A DNA stretch of 64,000 nt from Anthoceros angustus (Eukaryota; Plantae; Anthocerotophyta), in assembly GCA_010909165.1 (NCBI GenBank), contig VJWM01000044.1:1798001-1862000 (forward strand), written 5' to 3'. Below, piece by piece: positions 37,552 through 51,074 of this stretch. The position numbers and the translations under genes were made by a program. Every line of letters starts with the position of its first letter. The first letter of the stretch is position 1. The notes beneath the pieces are model-generated. The model did not search any database. It saw only the letters and a list, made by a program, of their open reading frames with translations, and was not told the origin of the DNA.

Positions 37552-38580
37552 CTAGTTTTCTTTCAGATTGGCTGGCTCCGATATCACATATTTCGGGAGG
37601 TCATACTTTGCACCTGAGCCATGCAAACACTTCGATTTAAAACCATCCGCCAGGACAAGTCCTTAACTCAAAAGTGAGGTATGAACACACACACTCGAAA
37701 ACAAACATGTACCTCTTTCGTCATAGCAAGTTGACAGATCCTCACTAGTGACTATGATTCCAGCACTGTCCACAATAGCTTGGGCAAGGCCCAAGTCAGC
37801 CTCAGCTGCCGCTCTAAGAGCATCCCATATTTCTGCGTTTTAGCCATTGTGTTAGTTTGAAACGAAGGGTTGGACCATATGCCAGGCCACTTCCACAGAC
37901 AGCGAAACTACCTTTCTGTCCTCCATAATGAGGGGCAGTGTCCCAAAACTCTTCACGCTTTTGCATCAGTTGTACACGATTCAAAGGATCCTCTGTCTTC
38001 CATGGCTTGGGCTTTTTCAGCTTCTTCGGCTGATGACCTGGAGACCACAATTATCATGCATCGTGTTACCCGCAAGCACATCGCAGAAGTTGCACATGCA
38101 GACAGACCCCAAAGCTTGGCCCCACAAATGTGAGAAACAGCAGTCTCATTTTTTCTGCTCAGCTAAGTCAAGGGCAGCTTGCCTTTCAGCTTCCCAGAAG
38201 AATCATTAAATTACTGCACCCGGCACCAGCATGCAAGACTCAAAACACCGTACAGGCTCTGGCAGAGCACATGCCTCTCTGGGTAATTCACACAAGAGCA
38301 CTAGCTCGGCAAGGTCACGATGAAATCTGAATTCCGAGCCCTACCGGAAGATCCAACTTTCAACACTAAACTCCGAGCTACAAGAGGAAGCTACAACCCA
38401 ACATCCCTTTCAACGCACTATGCAGACCGGGATTCCACCTGAAAAACACAGATCCTGCACAGAGATCGCCCCAAGCAAAGTACAAGAAGCCTGCAGAAGA
38501 AGCACCAGACCTGAAATTGGCGATGCCGGAACTACGTGCTTACCATCACCACCACTCGGGCGGGACCCAATACAACCCAT
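37552..38580 (-). CDS. Ubiquitin domain-containing protein (UBTD/DC-UbP N-terminal domain); exons 38580-38544, 38037-37912, 37832-37713, 37613-37552
   Basis: Spliced product MGCIGS...[27 protein letters not shown]...CYDERGAKYDLPKYVISEPANL; three phase-1 GT-AG introns; MGC N-terminal acylation motif. Confidence 0.93.
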
Positions 38581-39510
38581 CTGTGCTGGAATTTGCGTTA
38601 CCGCCGAATTTACATACTGTTGTGCACGCCCTGGAGCAAGGATGTAGCAAGGTGGCAGGAAGCTCACGCTGCAACACGGTAGCCGAGCTGCGCAAAGATG
38701 CCGGTGGTGCCAGGCTAGTTTTAGAAATTCCTTCAACGATGGTGGAGAGACGCCCGGAGCAAGGAGGTAGGAAAAACCCCTTTCGCCACTGTGAAGATGA
38801 ACAAGAAGCTCAGCATGCAGCGTACACCGTAAGAAAGATGGCCGCAAGCTCCCAAGCTCTGAGCTACGTTGAAGGCCCGAGGCGATGCGGGGGCCATTTT
38901 AATCAAAGCTATCGGGTCACAACTGGAACCTACCGGCAATTCGTTCAAGTTGCCTTATTTGTTCACCTTCCCTTTTTTAAAGAGCTATCCTCTAATATCT
39001 TTCTCTAGAGCTAACCAGATTTCTGAATTGGAATTTGACTAGCTATCAAATTGGAAATTGGTACAATAATAAGTGTCCGCCGACGAAGCTAGCCTATCCG
39101 AGCCGTCCAAGTCCCCGCTGTGCGTGCTTCTCGGATGATTCCCACGGGGCGGGACGTGGATGCCGTCTCCGTCCCTTGCGCGTTGGCGGTTTCTACCTCT
39201 GGCGGCAGGTCCAGCTTCTGACACGGTCTCCATGGTGAACCTTGGGGACTGGAGCAAGTGCAGCGTGCTGCGTGGGAAAGGGAGCGGCAGAACGACGGAG
39301 GCCGAGGAAGGGACAGGCGAGGATAGGAACGACCTCAGGTCCATTTTTGAAACAACGGCCCATAAAATATGAATTTATATTATATTAAAATTAATTAATA
39401 ATTTAATATTTTGTTCATGCATGTTGGATGTGGGGATGACTCTTGGGGCCAGCCTGCTCCTAGGCTGACATATACAAAGAGGGTGAGTATGGACATGCGT
39501 ACCATGATAT

Positions 39511-41092
39511 TGTAGGGGCAAGCAAACACTTTGTTGTGGCAATGAAGTGTTAGCATACTTTCTTTCACGCCAGACTTGGTGACTTTACGCGCATGTATGA
39601 AACCTCTTAAACACTCGAATGTATAGGCTTGCTACCTTGCATTGGCTAGGAAAAAGGGGCCATCACCTCGATGCCTAGCCCTCAACCAACGAGCCCTGCA
39701 CATAGTACAAATTACGGACAGTAAGATGTACCTAGCAGATACGGTGCAGGCACGATAGGACACTCTTCAGAGACATAATTGAACCTCAGCCTTCTCATCT
39801 CTCCCTGCAATCAGCAGGTGAGTTAACCCCCGACGAAGCGCGCGCTCCTCCTTACTCTCCTTAAGGAGGTTGTGGTGCCCCCAGACATGCAGATGAAGGG
39901 GGACAACTCCGACGGAGGAGGCCGCTCATGTCGCAACTTCCTCGCCTAGGCCTCGTGCTCTTTCCGGACGAAAATGATCTGCCCCCAATCTGCTCGCTTC
40001 CCCCTCATGAGAGCATGTAGGAACACGAGGAGATTGTCCCCTAGCTGATCTACCTTTGTGAGCATGTTCCAATGGACAATCATTTTGACCACCACTCTCA
40101 TCCGTCGGTCCTTCAGGTCCGACATTAACCACCCATTGGAACACCTTTGGGCGTCCGTCCTCAAGAGCACCGCCTTGGCAGCCTCCAACTTCCCCTTCCC
40201 TTCAATGGCTCCGGCACCACCCCTCCGATATCCTCCGCAGGCCGATTGTACGCCGCCCTGAGCGCCTCCACCGTCCAGTGCCTGGGGTTCTACCTCAAAC
40301 TCTTCGAGCGGACCGACTTGTTCGCCGCCGCCTGTAGCTTTTAGGCGTATTCGTGGACCAGCGTCACGCTGTCGTAGGTCCAAACCACCTAGAATATGTC
40401 CCAGTGCCACTTCTGAACAAGCTCGCCTACCTCCTACGGGCAGACATTCGGGTAGCGCTTGGTGTTGACGTTCTTCTTCACCAGCGTCCAATGCTCCAGA
40501 GTCTCCGCTGTTTTCTTGGGTGCCATATTGCTGCTCTGGTCGCCTCCCTTGCACAGTAGCTCCGGCGTCGTCGCAACCCGTCGTCCTTATCCCGAAAGGA
40601 GAAAGGTGCGCTGAGACGACCTGAGCCCTCAAAGATGGAGCGTCTGAACGCTGGAAGAGCAATCGCCAGAGGGTCGGGTGATGAAGCGCGAGAGACTGAG
40701 AGAACTCTCGAGACTCCAAGTCTGGGAGTCTTCTTCTTCTCTCACCTGCAAAGCAACGGGCGTAATTGTCGAACGGAAAGGTGTCCTTCCATTGTTAGTA
40801 ACTGCCACCCCTCTACATCTTGGACCGCAGTTTCACGCCCGCTTCCTTCTTGGCACATGTCCTCGGGTCGTGACTACCTGCCTATAACGGATTGTGCTAA
40901 GTCTGTGGCCCTGGCCTCCTGCATGTCAGATGGCCCCATGCCACCGTCCACGTGTCATCCTTCCGTAATTACGACCCACTCCTTCGGATTTGCCTTCCCC
41001 ATCAACACAAGACCCCCTCCGGACCTTCTCCGGACCCTGCCTTCCTTGATACTTGCGGCCGTCCTCCGGAGCTCCTCCGGACTTTGCCTACA
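39511..41092 (-). mobile_element. Solo LTR (possibly internally deleted) of a related gypsy family, containing a stop-interrupted ORF
   Basis: Ends TGTAGG...CCTACA; internal ORF starting 40526 (MAPKKTAE) is homologous to the LTR ORF at 7391; no matching TSD seen. Confidence 0.65.
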
Positions 41093-41403
41093 GCAGAGTT
41101 GCCGCCACGCCTACGTAACTAGCCAGATAGACCTTATTATTCATGGGTATCTTTGTTTCTCACACAAATCCGCACAAAAAAAAAAAAAACCCTTACTAAC
41201 CGACCAGAAGGGGCGTCAAAGCATCCGTCCCTCCTCCACACAACTCGATGCCAAAATCAGCATGAAACTCACTATATAAGCCCGAGCTTGTTACGACGCA
41301 TCTCAGACATTCTCGACACTGCGGCATTATTGGGCATATGGCTGATGATATAGAGGACCCGAGGGCACAACTGAAATAATCTCTACAATTCACGAAGAGA
41401 ATT

Positions 41404-44400
41404 TGTTCGAACCTTCGTAAAGTGGAAGCGAGATTTATGGAAAGGATAATTACATTGATGATCAGGGGCTTATTTATACAATTGTTTTCTGCAGTTATAA
41501 CTGCTCGCACTGATAACCGTATCTAAGTTATAACCGCTGAGGTTAAGTACGGTAAGTTCAGTCTACCATATTTAATTAATGCCAAGTATCCACTCATGTG
41601 AACCGTGCCCTAATCAACCAGTGTAGTCGGCGCATGAGGACTCTAACACTCCCCCTCGCCGCAAGCTAGGTGCAACGAGACTGAGCGATGTCGAAGTTGG
41701 CTTCGACTCCCTATGCGTGCCTGCAGCTGACTCTGAGCATCCTGTCGGCAATATGGTGGTCTCTTCAGCTCGGATCTTGTGTCGTCGATGCCATAAGTGA
41801 CAGAGTGACGAGGATGGCCGAGGCAGAAGTTCCCAAGCACTGAAAGCAGAAGGAAAACTCGCCACATGTGAAATGTAGGTGCAAGGCTTCACAATTCGAA
41901 AACAGTTCGGTTAGTGTGGAACAATTCTGGATGGCAGTGAAACAACCTCTTCCGGACGACGAAGATGACGTTGCGCTCTGAGCAACTAGCTGGACAGTGA
42001 CTCCAGCTGTTTGAGTGCTGATTGTCTTCAGTGCCCTTTCCCAGGAGCTGGGAAATTCACTCCCCCTCCATGATAAGCTTCTCGTGCCATCAACCCTATT
42101 GCTTGAATGTGTCGCTCATGTGGTGTCTTCGATAGTCCCTTGGTGAGAAGATCATCTGTGTTTTCTTCTGTGGTGACGTAGCTGAGGGTGACCTGCTTGT
42201 TGCTTACAACCTGCCGAATGAAGTGATGCTGTATCTCCACGTGCTTAGTCCTGGCGTGGAGCACTGGGTTGAGAGTCATAGCAATGGCGGATTGATTGTC
42301 GCACTTGAGCTCCGTTGGCTGATGCTGGTCCTCGTTGATGTTGTGCAGGAACTGACGTATCCAAAGAATCTCCTTGGCTGCCAGTGAGGTTGCAGCGTAC
42401 TCCGCTTCGGTGGATGAGAGACATATTGTGGGCATCTTCTTACACGCCCAAGAGACTGTTGAACGGTTGATCATGGTACAAAAGGCGGCTGTGGATTTCC
42501 TGCCGTCGGGATCTCCTGCCCAGTCCGTCTCTGAGAAACATGTAAGTACCAGTCTGGTGCCTCCACCTAACTTGTAAGGTAACCCTAGGGATCTTGTTCC
42601 TTTTAGGTATCTAAGGATCCGTTTGACACATGTCCAATGGGCCTTACCAGGGTTGGAGAGATACCTAGATGCTATATTCACAGCCTGAGAGATGTCTGGA
42701 CGTGTCCAAATTGCTAAGTACAGCAGACTGCCTACCGCTTTGCTGTAAGGTATATGCTTCATTTCTTTGACTTCTTCTTGTGTAGCTGGACAATGTTCTG
42801 CTGACACTTTCTCACCTGCAGCTATGGGTGTGGTGACAGGTCTAGCGTCTCTAAGATTAAACCTATCCAATAGCTGATCTACATAGTGCGTTGGTGAATA
42901 AAGAAGGAGTGGTCTGCTGTGTTTCTCTCAAACTGGACACCTAGGGCATATTTGAGAGGGCCTGTGTCGACAATTTCGTACTCCCTGGCAAGTAGATCTT
43001 TCACGTACTGAATGATCTGAGGACAACTGCCAAAGATAAAATTGTCATCGACGTACAAGGTAATTATGACAAAGTGCTCTTTCTGTCTGAGAAGGTAGAC
43101 ACTTGGGTCTATAGCTAGAGGTAAGAAGCTAGACTTTTTCAGATACAGGTCTACAATTTCGTTCCATACCTGGGCGGACTGTTTGAGTCGATAGAGGGAT
43201 TTCATAAGCTTACAAACCTTCTTGCTGTCCTTGATGTATCCAGGGGGCTGGAGCATATAAATATCTTCGCTCAACGTGCCATACAGGAAGGCAGTTTTCA
43301 CGTCGACTTGATGAATGTCCAAGCGGTGATGAGCTGCCAGCGCCAAGAGTATCCTTATAGATGTTGATTTCACCACAGGGCTGTAGAGTCGATTTTCTTC
43401 GTAGTCAAAACCAGGAACTTGGCTGAAGCCTCTGGCGACTAGCCTTGTATCAAGAAAATGTGGACCACCTGCCCGAATTCAACTTCCTTCTAAATGTCCA
43501 CTTACAAGATATGGGTTTGCGACCTGGAGGTAAGTCGGTCAGTATCCACGTTTTGTTGGCAATCAGTGAGTCATGTTCGGACTTTGCTGCTGCAGTTCAT
43601 TCAGGGGTCTTGAATGCTTCCTCGATGGACTGAGGAACATCTTGTATTTCGATTGCCGACATTGCTTGATATAGGGCCACATTGACACGATGAGTATGCC
43701 GTTGTTCAGTACGCCCCTCCTGAGCTAGAGTTGGGGGCAAGGGAGCGGGAGCTCTGCTAGTGATTGAGTCTCCGCCAATGATAGATATCCTTCATTTGGA
43801 TTGAGGGTGCCAGACGGACCGTCTCGGTGGCTCAAAGCTCGCAAGCGGGGTTGCGGTGCGTGATGCCGGTTCTTGTTCGTATGTAAGAAAGGTTCTAGGA
43901 GTGCTTGTTCAGGTGCTTTATCAAAGGCAATCATCCGTCTCGCATGGACTGAAAATCCGAGAGGTTAATAATCTTCTAGACAGACTAAGTGCAGCCCAGA
44001 GCAGGCATACAACAGTTTCCAAAACGCCCGTGTTCTGGTTCGATCAATTTTCTTTTCCGGGTCTGGTGCGTGGTTGTTGTGGTTTCATCAAGCTCTCTTT
44101 GCTGGAACAGAGAAGAAAGAACTGCCACACTAGCGGAGGTTATCATTAAGACAAATACGTTGGAGATGAGGTGGATTATTATGATCATTCTCAAAGGTAG
44201 TTAGCAAGGTAGTGAACCTTAAGTGGGACAATCTCGGGTTTGACGTGAAACATGGTCCATGTGAGCTCCCTGCTTTGTTGTGTTCTTCTGTGCAGATCTT
44301 AAACTTGGGGTGAGTGAGAAAACTATTTTCGGAGTTCCATCCTGATGCCGAGGATCTTTCAACGTAACCTGCGACCTTAAGCTGGTTTGTGATAAGCTGA

Positions 44401-47058
44401 AGGATCGTAGCAGGAGGGTCAAAGACAGGTTGGTGGTGTCCTGAAGCTGGTTCAGGCTGATGGCTACACTTTTAGGCTTTAGCTGAAATTCAGCACGTTT
44501 TCAGGAGATAGAAGTGGGCAAAGCTGTGAGACCTCAATTGGCAGCCAGGGTGGCGACGCCGAGTCAGCATGGAAGAAGGTGGAAGCTCGTTGAAGTCTAC
44601 TATCACTTTGCAGAATACTGAGACCAACTTGGCTCCTTCACTCTATGTTGTTGTTTTCATCAGCTGCGAGGTAAACGAATAGTTGCAGAATGCAAGCTGG
44701 ATGGGGATCGTATCCAAGTGCATAGAAGTGGCTCTGAGCTTCATTTCTTCTCAAGGTACTCACATGAAATCCTTTTCCTTGAGCACCATGCTTTGACTTC
44801 TTCTTGTGTAGCTGGACAATGTTCACGTGACACTCACTATGACTATGGGTGTGGTGACAGTCTAGCGCCTCTAAGATTAAACCTATCCAATAGCCGATCT
44901 ACATAGTGCGTGAATAAAGAAGGAGTGGTTCTGTGTTTCTCTCAAACTGGACACCTAGGGCATATTTGAGAGGGCCTGTGTCGACAATTTCGTACTCCCT
45001 GGCAAGTAGATCTTTCACGTACTGAATGATCTGAGGACAACTGCCAAAGATAAAATTGTCATCGACGTACAAGGTAATTATGACAAAGTGCTCTTTCTGT
45101 CTGAGAAGGTAGACACTTGGGTCTATAGCTAGAGGTAAGAAGCTAGACTTTTTCCGATACAGGTCTACAATTTCGTTCCATACCTGGGCGGACTTGAGTC
45201 GATAGAGGATTTCATAAGCTTACAAACCTTCTTGTCAGTCTCCTTGATGTATCCAATGGAGCATATAAATATCTTCCAACGTGCATACGGGAAGGCAGTT
45301 TTCACGTCGACTTGATGAATGTCCAAGCGGTGATGAGCTGCCAGCGCCAAGAGTATCCTTATAGATGTTGATTTCACCACAGGGCTGTAGAGTCGATTTT
45401 CTTCGTAGTCAAAACCAGGAACTTGGCTGAAGCCTCTGGCGACTAGCCTTGCCTTGTATCTTCTGAAGAAAATGTGACTGACCCGTCTGAATTCAACTTC
45501 CTTCTAAATGTCCACTTACAAGATATGGGTTTGCGACCTGGAGGTAAGTCGGTCAGTATCCACGTTTTGTTGGCAATCGTGAGTCATGTTGGACTTTCTG
45601 CTTCATCTGTGGTCTTGAATGCTTCCTCGATGGACTGAGGAACATCTTGTATTTCGATTGCCGACATTGCTTGATATAGGGCCACATTGACCTGATGAGT
45701 ATGTTGCCGTTGCTGTTGCACGTCCTCTGGAGCTAGAGTTGGGGCAGCGGGAGCGGGAGCTCTGCTAGTGATTGAGTCTCCGGGCCAATGATAGATATCC
45801 TTCTAGCTGGATTGAGGAGGACGGTGACGGGTGGACCGTCTCAGTGGGGGGCTCAAGCTCAAGCAGTGGGTTGCGGCGGATGCCGGGTCGTTCTCAGGGG
45901 TAAGAAAGGTTCTAGGAGTGCTTGTTCAGGCTGACCTATGGTATTTGGTGGTTGTACTGGTGCAGGTTGTACAGATGCTGGAGCAGGGGCTGGTAGATGG
46001 ATGATTGGTGCTGGAGTTGGAGCTGGGGGCACAGCTTGTAGTGGAACCGGATGACTTGTCTGGCCTTACAAGTCAACATATTCATAATCTATTGGGTTAT
46101 AAGTGTCCCCCTCAAGGTCAGAAAGGGGGAAAGGTGAAAAGCCGTGGAGGCTCGGAGCAGGCAGAGGTATGGAGGTTGACACCGATTGAAGATAAGTGTG
46201 GAGCAAAGTTGCTTCATGGAAATGTACACTGCGTGATAGGGTTACCTGACGGGTAAAGGGGTCAAGCAATCTGTATGCCTTGGATTGGTCGGAGTAGCCG
46301 ATAAATAGTAACTTCTTACTCTTGTCGTCCCATTTCTTGTGCAGGTCATCAGGGATATGAATTTGTGGTCATCGAATATACGAGATGAGATATGCGGGGC
46401 TTCTGTCCGTCACATCAGACGGTGATGTTGGGGAGCTCCTTCGTTGGCAGTCTGTTCCTAAGATAATTGGCCGTGGAGACGGCTTCTGCCCTGTATCCTT
46501 GTGTAAGGCCTGACACCTTGAGCAGGGAACGAGATATCTCCAGCAGTGATCTGTTAAGCCTTTCTGCGAAAGGATTTTGTGCTGGTGTATACGGGACTAT
46601 GAGCTGCCGTTTGATTCCCTTGGATGTGCTCCTGGAAGGGGTGACTGAGGTACTCCGGCATTGTTCTGATGCGAAGAGTGCCACATCATCCAACTAGAAA
46701 CCCCGTTGTAAATGAGCACCCAAAAGAGTGCCACAAACTCTTGAAAGCATTGAAGGGCCTGGTCCTTGTGCTTGAGAAAGTATATGTGGCAATACCGGCT
46801 CCATTCATCCAGAAAAGTCAGAAAATAGGAATGGCCACCAAAGGAGGATGTGCTCATGGGGCCACAGATATCTGAGTGGACGACTTCAAGCAGGCATTTT
46901 GCTCTTGTAGGTAAGGGGTCATTGAACGGCAGCTGATTTAGCTTTGTGTACTGGCAGATCTCACAGTATAACTCAGGAGACATCTTGGCTGATATGGGAT
47001 CTCTGTACATGATGGGATTTGCCAGGGAGTTCAGGTAGCGGGTGCTCATGGCGCGCAA
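41404..47058 (-). mobile_element. 5'-truncated Ty1/copia element (integrase, RT, RNase H, 3' LTR 41404-41648)
   Basis: LTR TG...CA with PPT GAGGGGGAG at 41649-41657; motifs LEVVHSDICGP, YTPAQNPFAERLNR, QVDVKTAFLYG, YVDD, CDNQSAI, RTKHVEIQHHFIR. Segment 42765-43913 is duplicated at 44791-45930. Confidence 0.92.
43904..44800 (+). pseudogene. Intron-containing fragment of LIG4 embedded in the copia element
   Basis: Near-identical to 54821-55719, apart from small indels. Confidence 0.9.
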
Positions 47059-47547
47059 ATGAGGGAGAGGGAAGAAGAAGCCGTCGGCCGTCGATGTAGG
47101 TGGATAAGAGACCCTCGGGGCTGCAAGTGGAGTGAAGCGAGGTCAACCACACTGCTATTGGTAAACCTTCGCAGCTATGCTCTGAGCGTTTCTTTCATAT
47201 TTTGGGCTGTCCTCCAACCCCACCCTCTCCTCGACTCCACAACCACGTGCTGAACTTCTGCCATCCCCGTTCACCCATGATTCGTAAAATCGGTTTTGGA
47301 TTGAGTGAACCGTGCCCTGATAACATAATTTTGTACCCTAATGATAAGGGATACGGAGGTGAGCAAGCGCCGGGACTGGAACGTGTGGCCACCATACTGA
47401 ACTCCCAACCATATTCCTTTGGCCGCGCCCAGCCTGAACCCTGTACCTTTAGCCGCGCCCAGCTTGTTGGACTGCGAGCCGTGTCCGGCCTGGCTCTGTG
47501 CTCAAGTGCCTTTGACTTTTGTTGTTTGCTTATACTTAGTGAGCGTG

Positions 47548-48518
47548 ATGGAGGAGGCCTTCTCCATCTTCTCAAATCTTGAAGAGCATCAAGAGCAAGA
47601 CGATGTCGTTCGGGCTCTCTCTGAAACACCAAGCTAAAGCAAGAAGAGCAGTTATGTCAATTGACGAATGAGATCCACCTTGATAGATGCCTACCACAAG
47701 ATGCATCTGGTGCATCTCAAGGCAGGAAATCTATCTACCAAACACTGGAGCGAGATTGCAAAGGAAGTGGGGAGTACTTGTCACCTCCAAGGCCTTTCGG
47801 CTAAGCAGTGCAAGCAAAAAGCTTGAGAACCTCAAGCGCAGGTACTGAAAAGAGAAGGAGACCCGCTCAAGCACCGGCCAGGTCAACTCGACTTGGCCTC
47901 ACTACCAAGCCATGGCCTCTTTGTGCAAAGGTAACCCCAAACTTTCAGGTATTCCTAATGCAATGGACCCTGACAGATTTGGCAGCACTCAAAAGCCAGA
48001 TTTGGGCAGTTCAAGTGGGACTATGAGAGATCAGAAGGACAGCAATTGCGATGATGAATTTCCCAGTTTGCCACCTTCTCCTCCCTACCAAATGGAGAAG
48101 CTCACTCCACCGTCTCCCAACATGGCAGCTATAGGGTATCAATCTTTGATGACTCTGTCATGCACCTGCTTCCGTGTCCAAGACCATAATGCTTTCTATG
48201 CGCTTATGAAGAATCCCAAGTACAAAAAAATGTAGAAAATCCAATGATGTTGTTCAAGGTAAACGAGTGAAGCGAAGACGGTCTTCCACTGGTCTTGGCG
48301 AAGACCTTTTGTCTAGACTTGCCTCTTTTGCTCAATGTCTTCAAGCTATAGAGGCTGCCAAGATGACTCAGCAGTTGGAGATGCATAAGGCCATGTTAGA
48401 GCACGAAATGCGTAGAGAGCAGCTCCAAATGGAAAACAATTTGAAGATTGTAGAAGCTCTTGCTGGACGGTCTCCTAAGAAGGCAAAAGCTGGCTGTAGG
48501 CACATGGAGCCTTCATAA
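47548..48518 (+). pseudogene. Myb/SANT-like trihelix DNA-binding ORF (probably PIF/Harbinger ORF1), frameshifted
   Basis: LIDAYHKM...KHWSEIAKEV...KQCKQK/LENLKRRY...STWPHYQAMASL, with a C-terminal coiled coil; lies close to a HARBI1-like ORF. Confidence 0.75.
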
Positions 48519-48968
48519 GGAATATGTTTTTGGTGTTTTCCCAAACCGGACTTGGCATGCTGATCTTTGCTTACATGATTTTGGGCAACTGCATGCTTAC
48601 ATTATTATTTCAATATGGAGAGTTCGATCTGTAGGTCGGCGTTGCGTCCGTGCTTGAAAACATCACTGCTACCGGACAACACAAGCGCCGGACTTGCCAC
48701 CAGATGGAGTCCTATGTTAGTGACGAACTCGCAGTGCACCGGATGTCCGTGCCCATGGAGTCATGTGCTTGTGAGCACCGGACTCGCAATTCACCAGATG
48801 TCGGTACCCCTTCTCAACTTTTTCCCTCTCCATGCCAGATTGTGTGTAAGGGCTGGGCTTAATGGAGTGCGAGCTGCCGAGTGGCACGCCTCCGTACTTT
48901 TGAATGGACGCGTTCATCATGCCCTCACAAAATAACCCCAACCAATTTTTAAATAGCCCTCCCCGCCT

Positions 48969-49728
48969 CACATTTTGAAGAAAAATGCTTTACAACGTAA
49001 TCTACAACAAGGGAACTACGTCATCAATCGCTGTTGTAAATGGCCTCCTATCATATTTTTTGTGATTAATAATAATAATAAAGAGTTAAAAAATAAAGAA
49101 CACATTTTGAGAAAATGTTTTACAACGTAATCTACAACAAGGGAGCCATGTCATCAATCGCTGTTGTAAATGGCCTCCAATTATATTTTTGTGATTAATA
49201 ATAATAATAAAGAGTTAAAAAAATAAAGAACACATTTTGAGAAAGTGTTTTACAACGTAATCTACAACAAGGAGCCACGTCATCAATCGCTGTTGTAAAT
49301 GGCTTCCAATCATATTTTTGTGATTAATAATAATAATAAAGAGTTTTTGAAGAAATAAAGAACACATTTTGAGAAAAGGCTTTTACAACGTAATCTACAA
49401 CAAGGGAGCCACGCCATCGATAAATGGCTTCCAATCATATTTTTGTGATTAATAATAATAATAAAGATTTTTAGAAAAATAAAGAACACATTTTGAGAAA
49501 AGGCTTTTACAACGTAATCTACAACGTGAGCCACGCCATCAATCGCTGTTGTAAATGAGCACCCAAAAGAGTGCCACATCATCCAACTAGAAACCCCGCT
49601 GTAAACCGAGTCTTAAAACTTGCCACATCAACGAAACTTAAACCAATTTACAACGGAGGTGTTTAGACGTTGTAAAGATTGGGGATTTTGCAAAAGGGGT
49701 TTTGTAAAACACCCCTCTCCTAGTAGTG
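48969..49728. mobile_element. CACTA/EnSpm element terminus with ~130-bp subterminal tandem repeats (~4.5 copies, 48969-49557)
   Basis: Ends ...CCTCTCCTAGTAGTG (reverse complement CACTACTAGGAGAGG); recurring TTTACAACG/CGTTGTAAA motifs in both orientations; units start at 48969, 49101, 49231, 49363 and 49487. Confidence 0.8.
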
Positions 49729-50075
49729 GGTGCTCATGGAGTCCGATGATAATGAGTAAAATCTTGATAATTATAATAAGTGAAAATAATAAAATAATCT
49801 ATCCATAATTATTTAACTACCAAAATTATAATCAAAATCATAAATTAATTAAATACCTATCTAAAACTACATAAGGAGAATTCCACGAGAACCTCACAAA
49901 ACAACAATACAACCCGAAGACATAGAACAATAACAACACATGAGAGTATGAGCATATGGAGTGTGTCCCCTTTTATAGGTGGCAATTGAATTATAGGCAA
50001 AGCGATTATGTATTAGACATACCGGGTTTTCCATCGTGAGGTCGAAAACCGGCGTCCCATCCAGAGCTTTTTGGG

Positions 50076-50600
50076 CCCATCAATGCATCCCACCATGTTA
50101 GACAATCCTGTAAGATCTTGGAACTTGGTAGAAATGACCTGTTGCCTGTGACCAGACGGCCATGCGACAAATTGCGAGAACGACTTCTCTGACACTTTTG
50201 TGACACATAAAGTGTATTGCACCACAATAGCTGCACCAACTCCATAAATGTCAGCAATAATGTGAGGTGACAAACCCCGAGCAAATCGATGAAGCACCAT
50301 GGCAACTGCATGATCTAAATGAAGAGGTTGGCGTAGAGAAGCAAAAATAATGCGAGGTTGTAGTAGATTTACCAAAGCCATAAAATTGGGGTAGGACATT
50401 CTATATGCAAACCGCCATTGAGCATCACGAACGGCCGTTCCATCTGCATGCCAAGCTTTCATGTGGACATTCCTTCATAATGCTATTTGCCGAGGATATT
50501 TCCACCATAGCTTCTGCCTGGACCATGTGACCTCCTCTTCAATGGCTGCCTTCATCATGGATAAGAAAATGACAACAAACACAGAGAACAGCGTCCCAAC
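50076..50600 (-). pseudogene. PIF/Harbinger (HARBI1-like) transposase, N-terminal half truncated at the first catalytic Asp
   Basis: WRFAYRMSYPNFMALVNLL, AVAMVLHRFARG, IADIYGVG, FQDLTGLSNMVGCIDG. Confidence 0.85.
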
Positions 50601-51074
50601 CCTATTTCGCCGGAAACTAAAGTTGGTTTGGTTTTTGTTGGTTTTTGTAGGTGTTCATCCATCGGTTTCGGGCATTCTCGGCTCTGGCTCCACTTCCGTC
50701 GAAATATTTACACCGGCGCCTTATATTCAGGTTCATGGCGATTTAGTGGGTGTGATGAAGGGCCAGTGACCTCATTGTTCCATAATTTCGTCATGTCCGT
50801 AGTTTCTGCATTTTGTGTGGTTTTGTATGTTTTCGTATGATCTTCTAATGGGGAAGCATGTCCTTTTGGCGGTCTGAGGATGTGCCGGAACTCCCGACAA
50901 AATAACAAGTAGCAGACATTGGCGGAGGTTCACCTAGACCACTCTTATATACCTATCATATGCCCTAATGCGACGAAGAACACCCTATCCCCTTTTCATT
51001 CTTTACGGTGTTTCCGTCTCTTTCGGCGGTGACCTAGTACCGGGTTATCATCAAAACATGCCGGGCCCAAATTG

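Noticed and set aside
35241-38580. F-box plus UBTD as a ubiquitin gene cluster
   Set aside because: Adjacency of two common gene types is not evidence of functional linkage.
48969-49557. ~130-bp repeats as a satellite or CRISPR array
   Set aside because: Explained as CACTA subterminal repeats next to a CACTA terminus.
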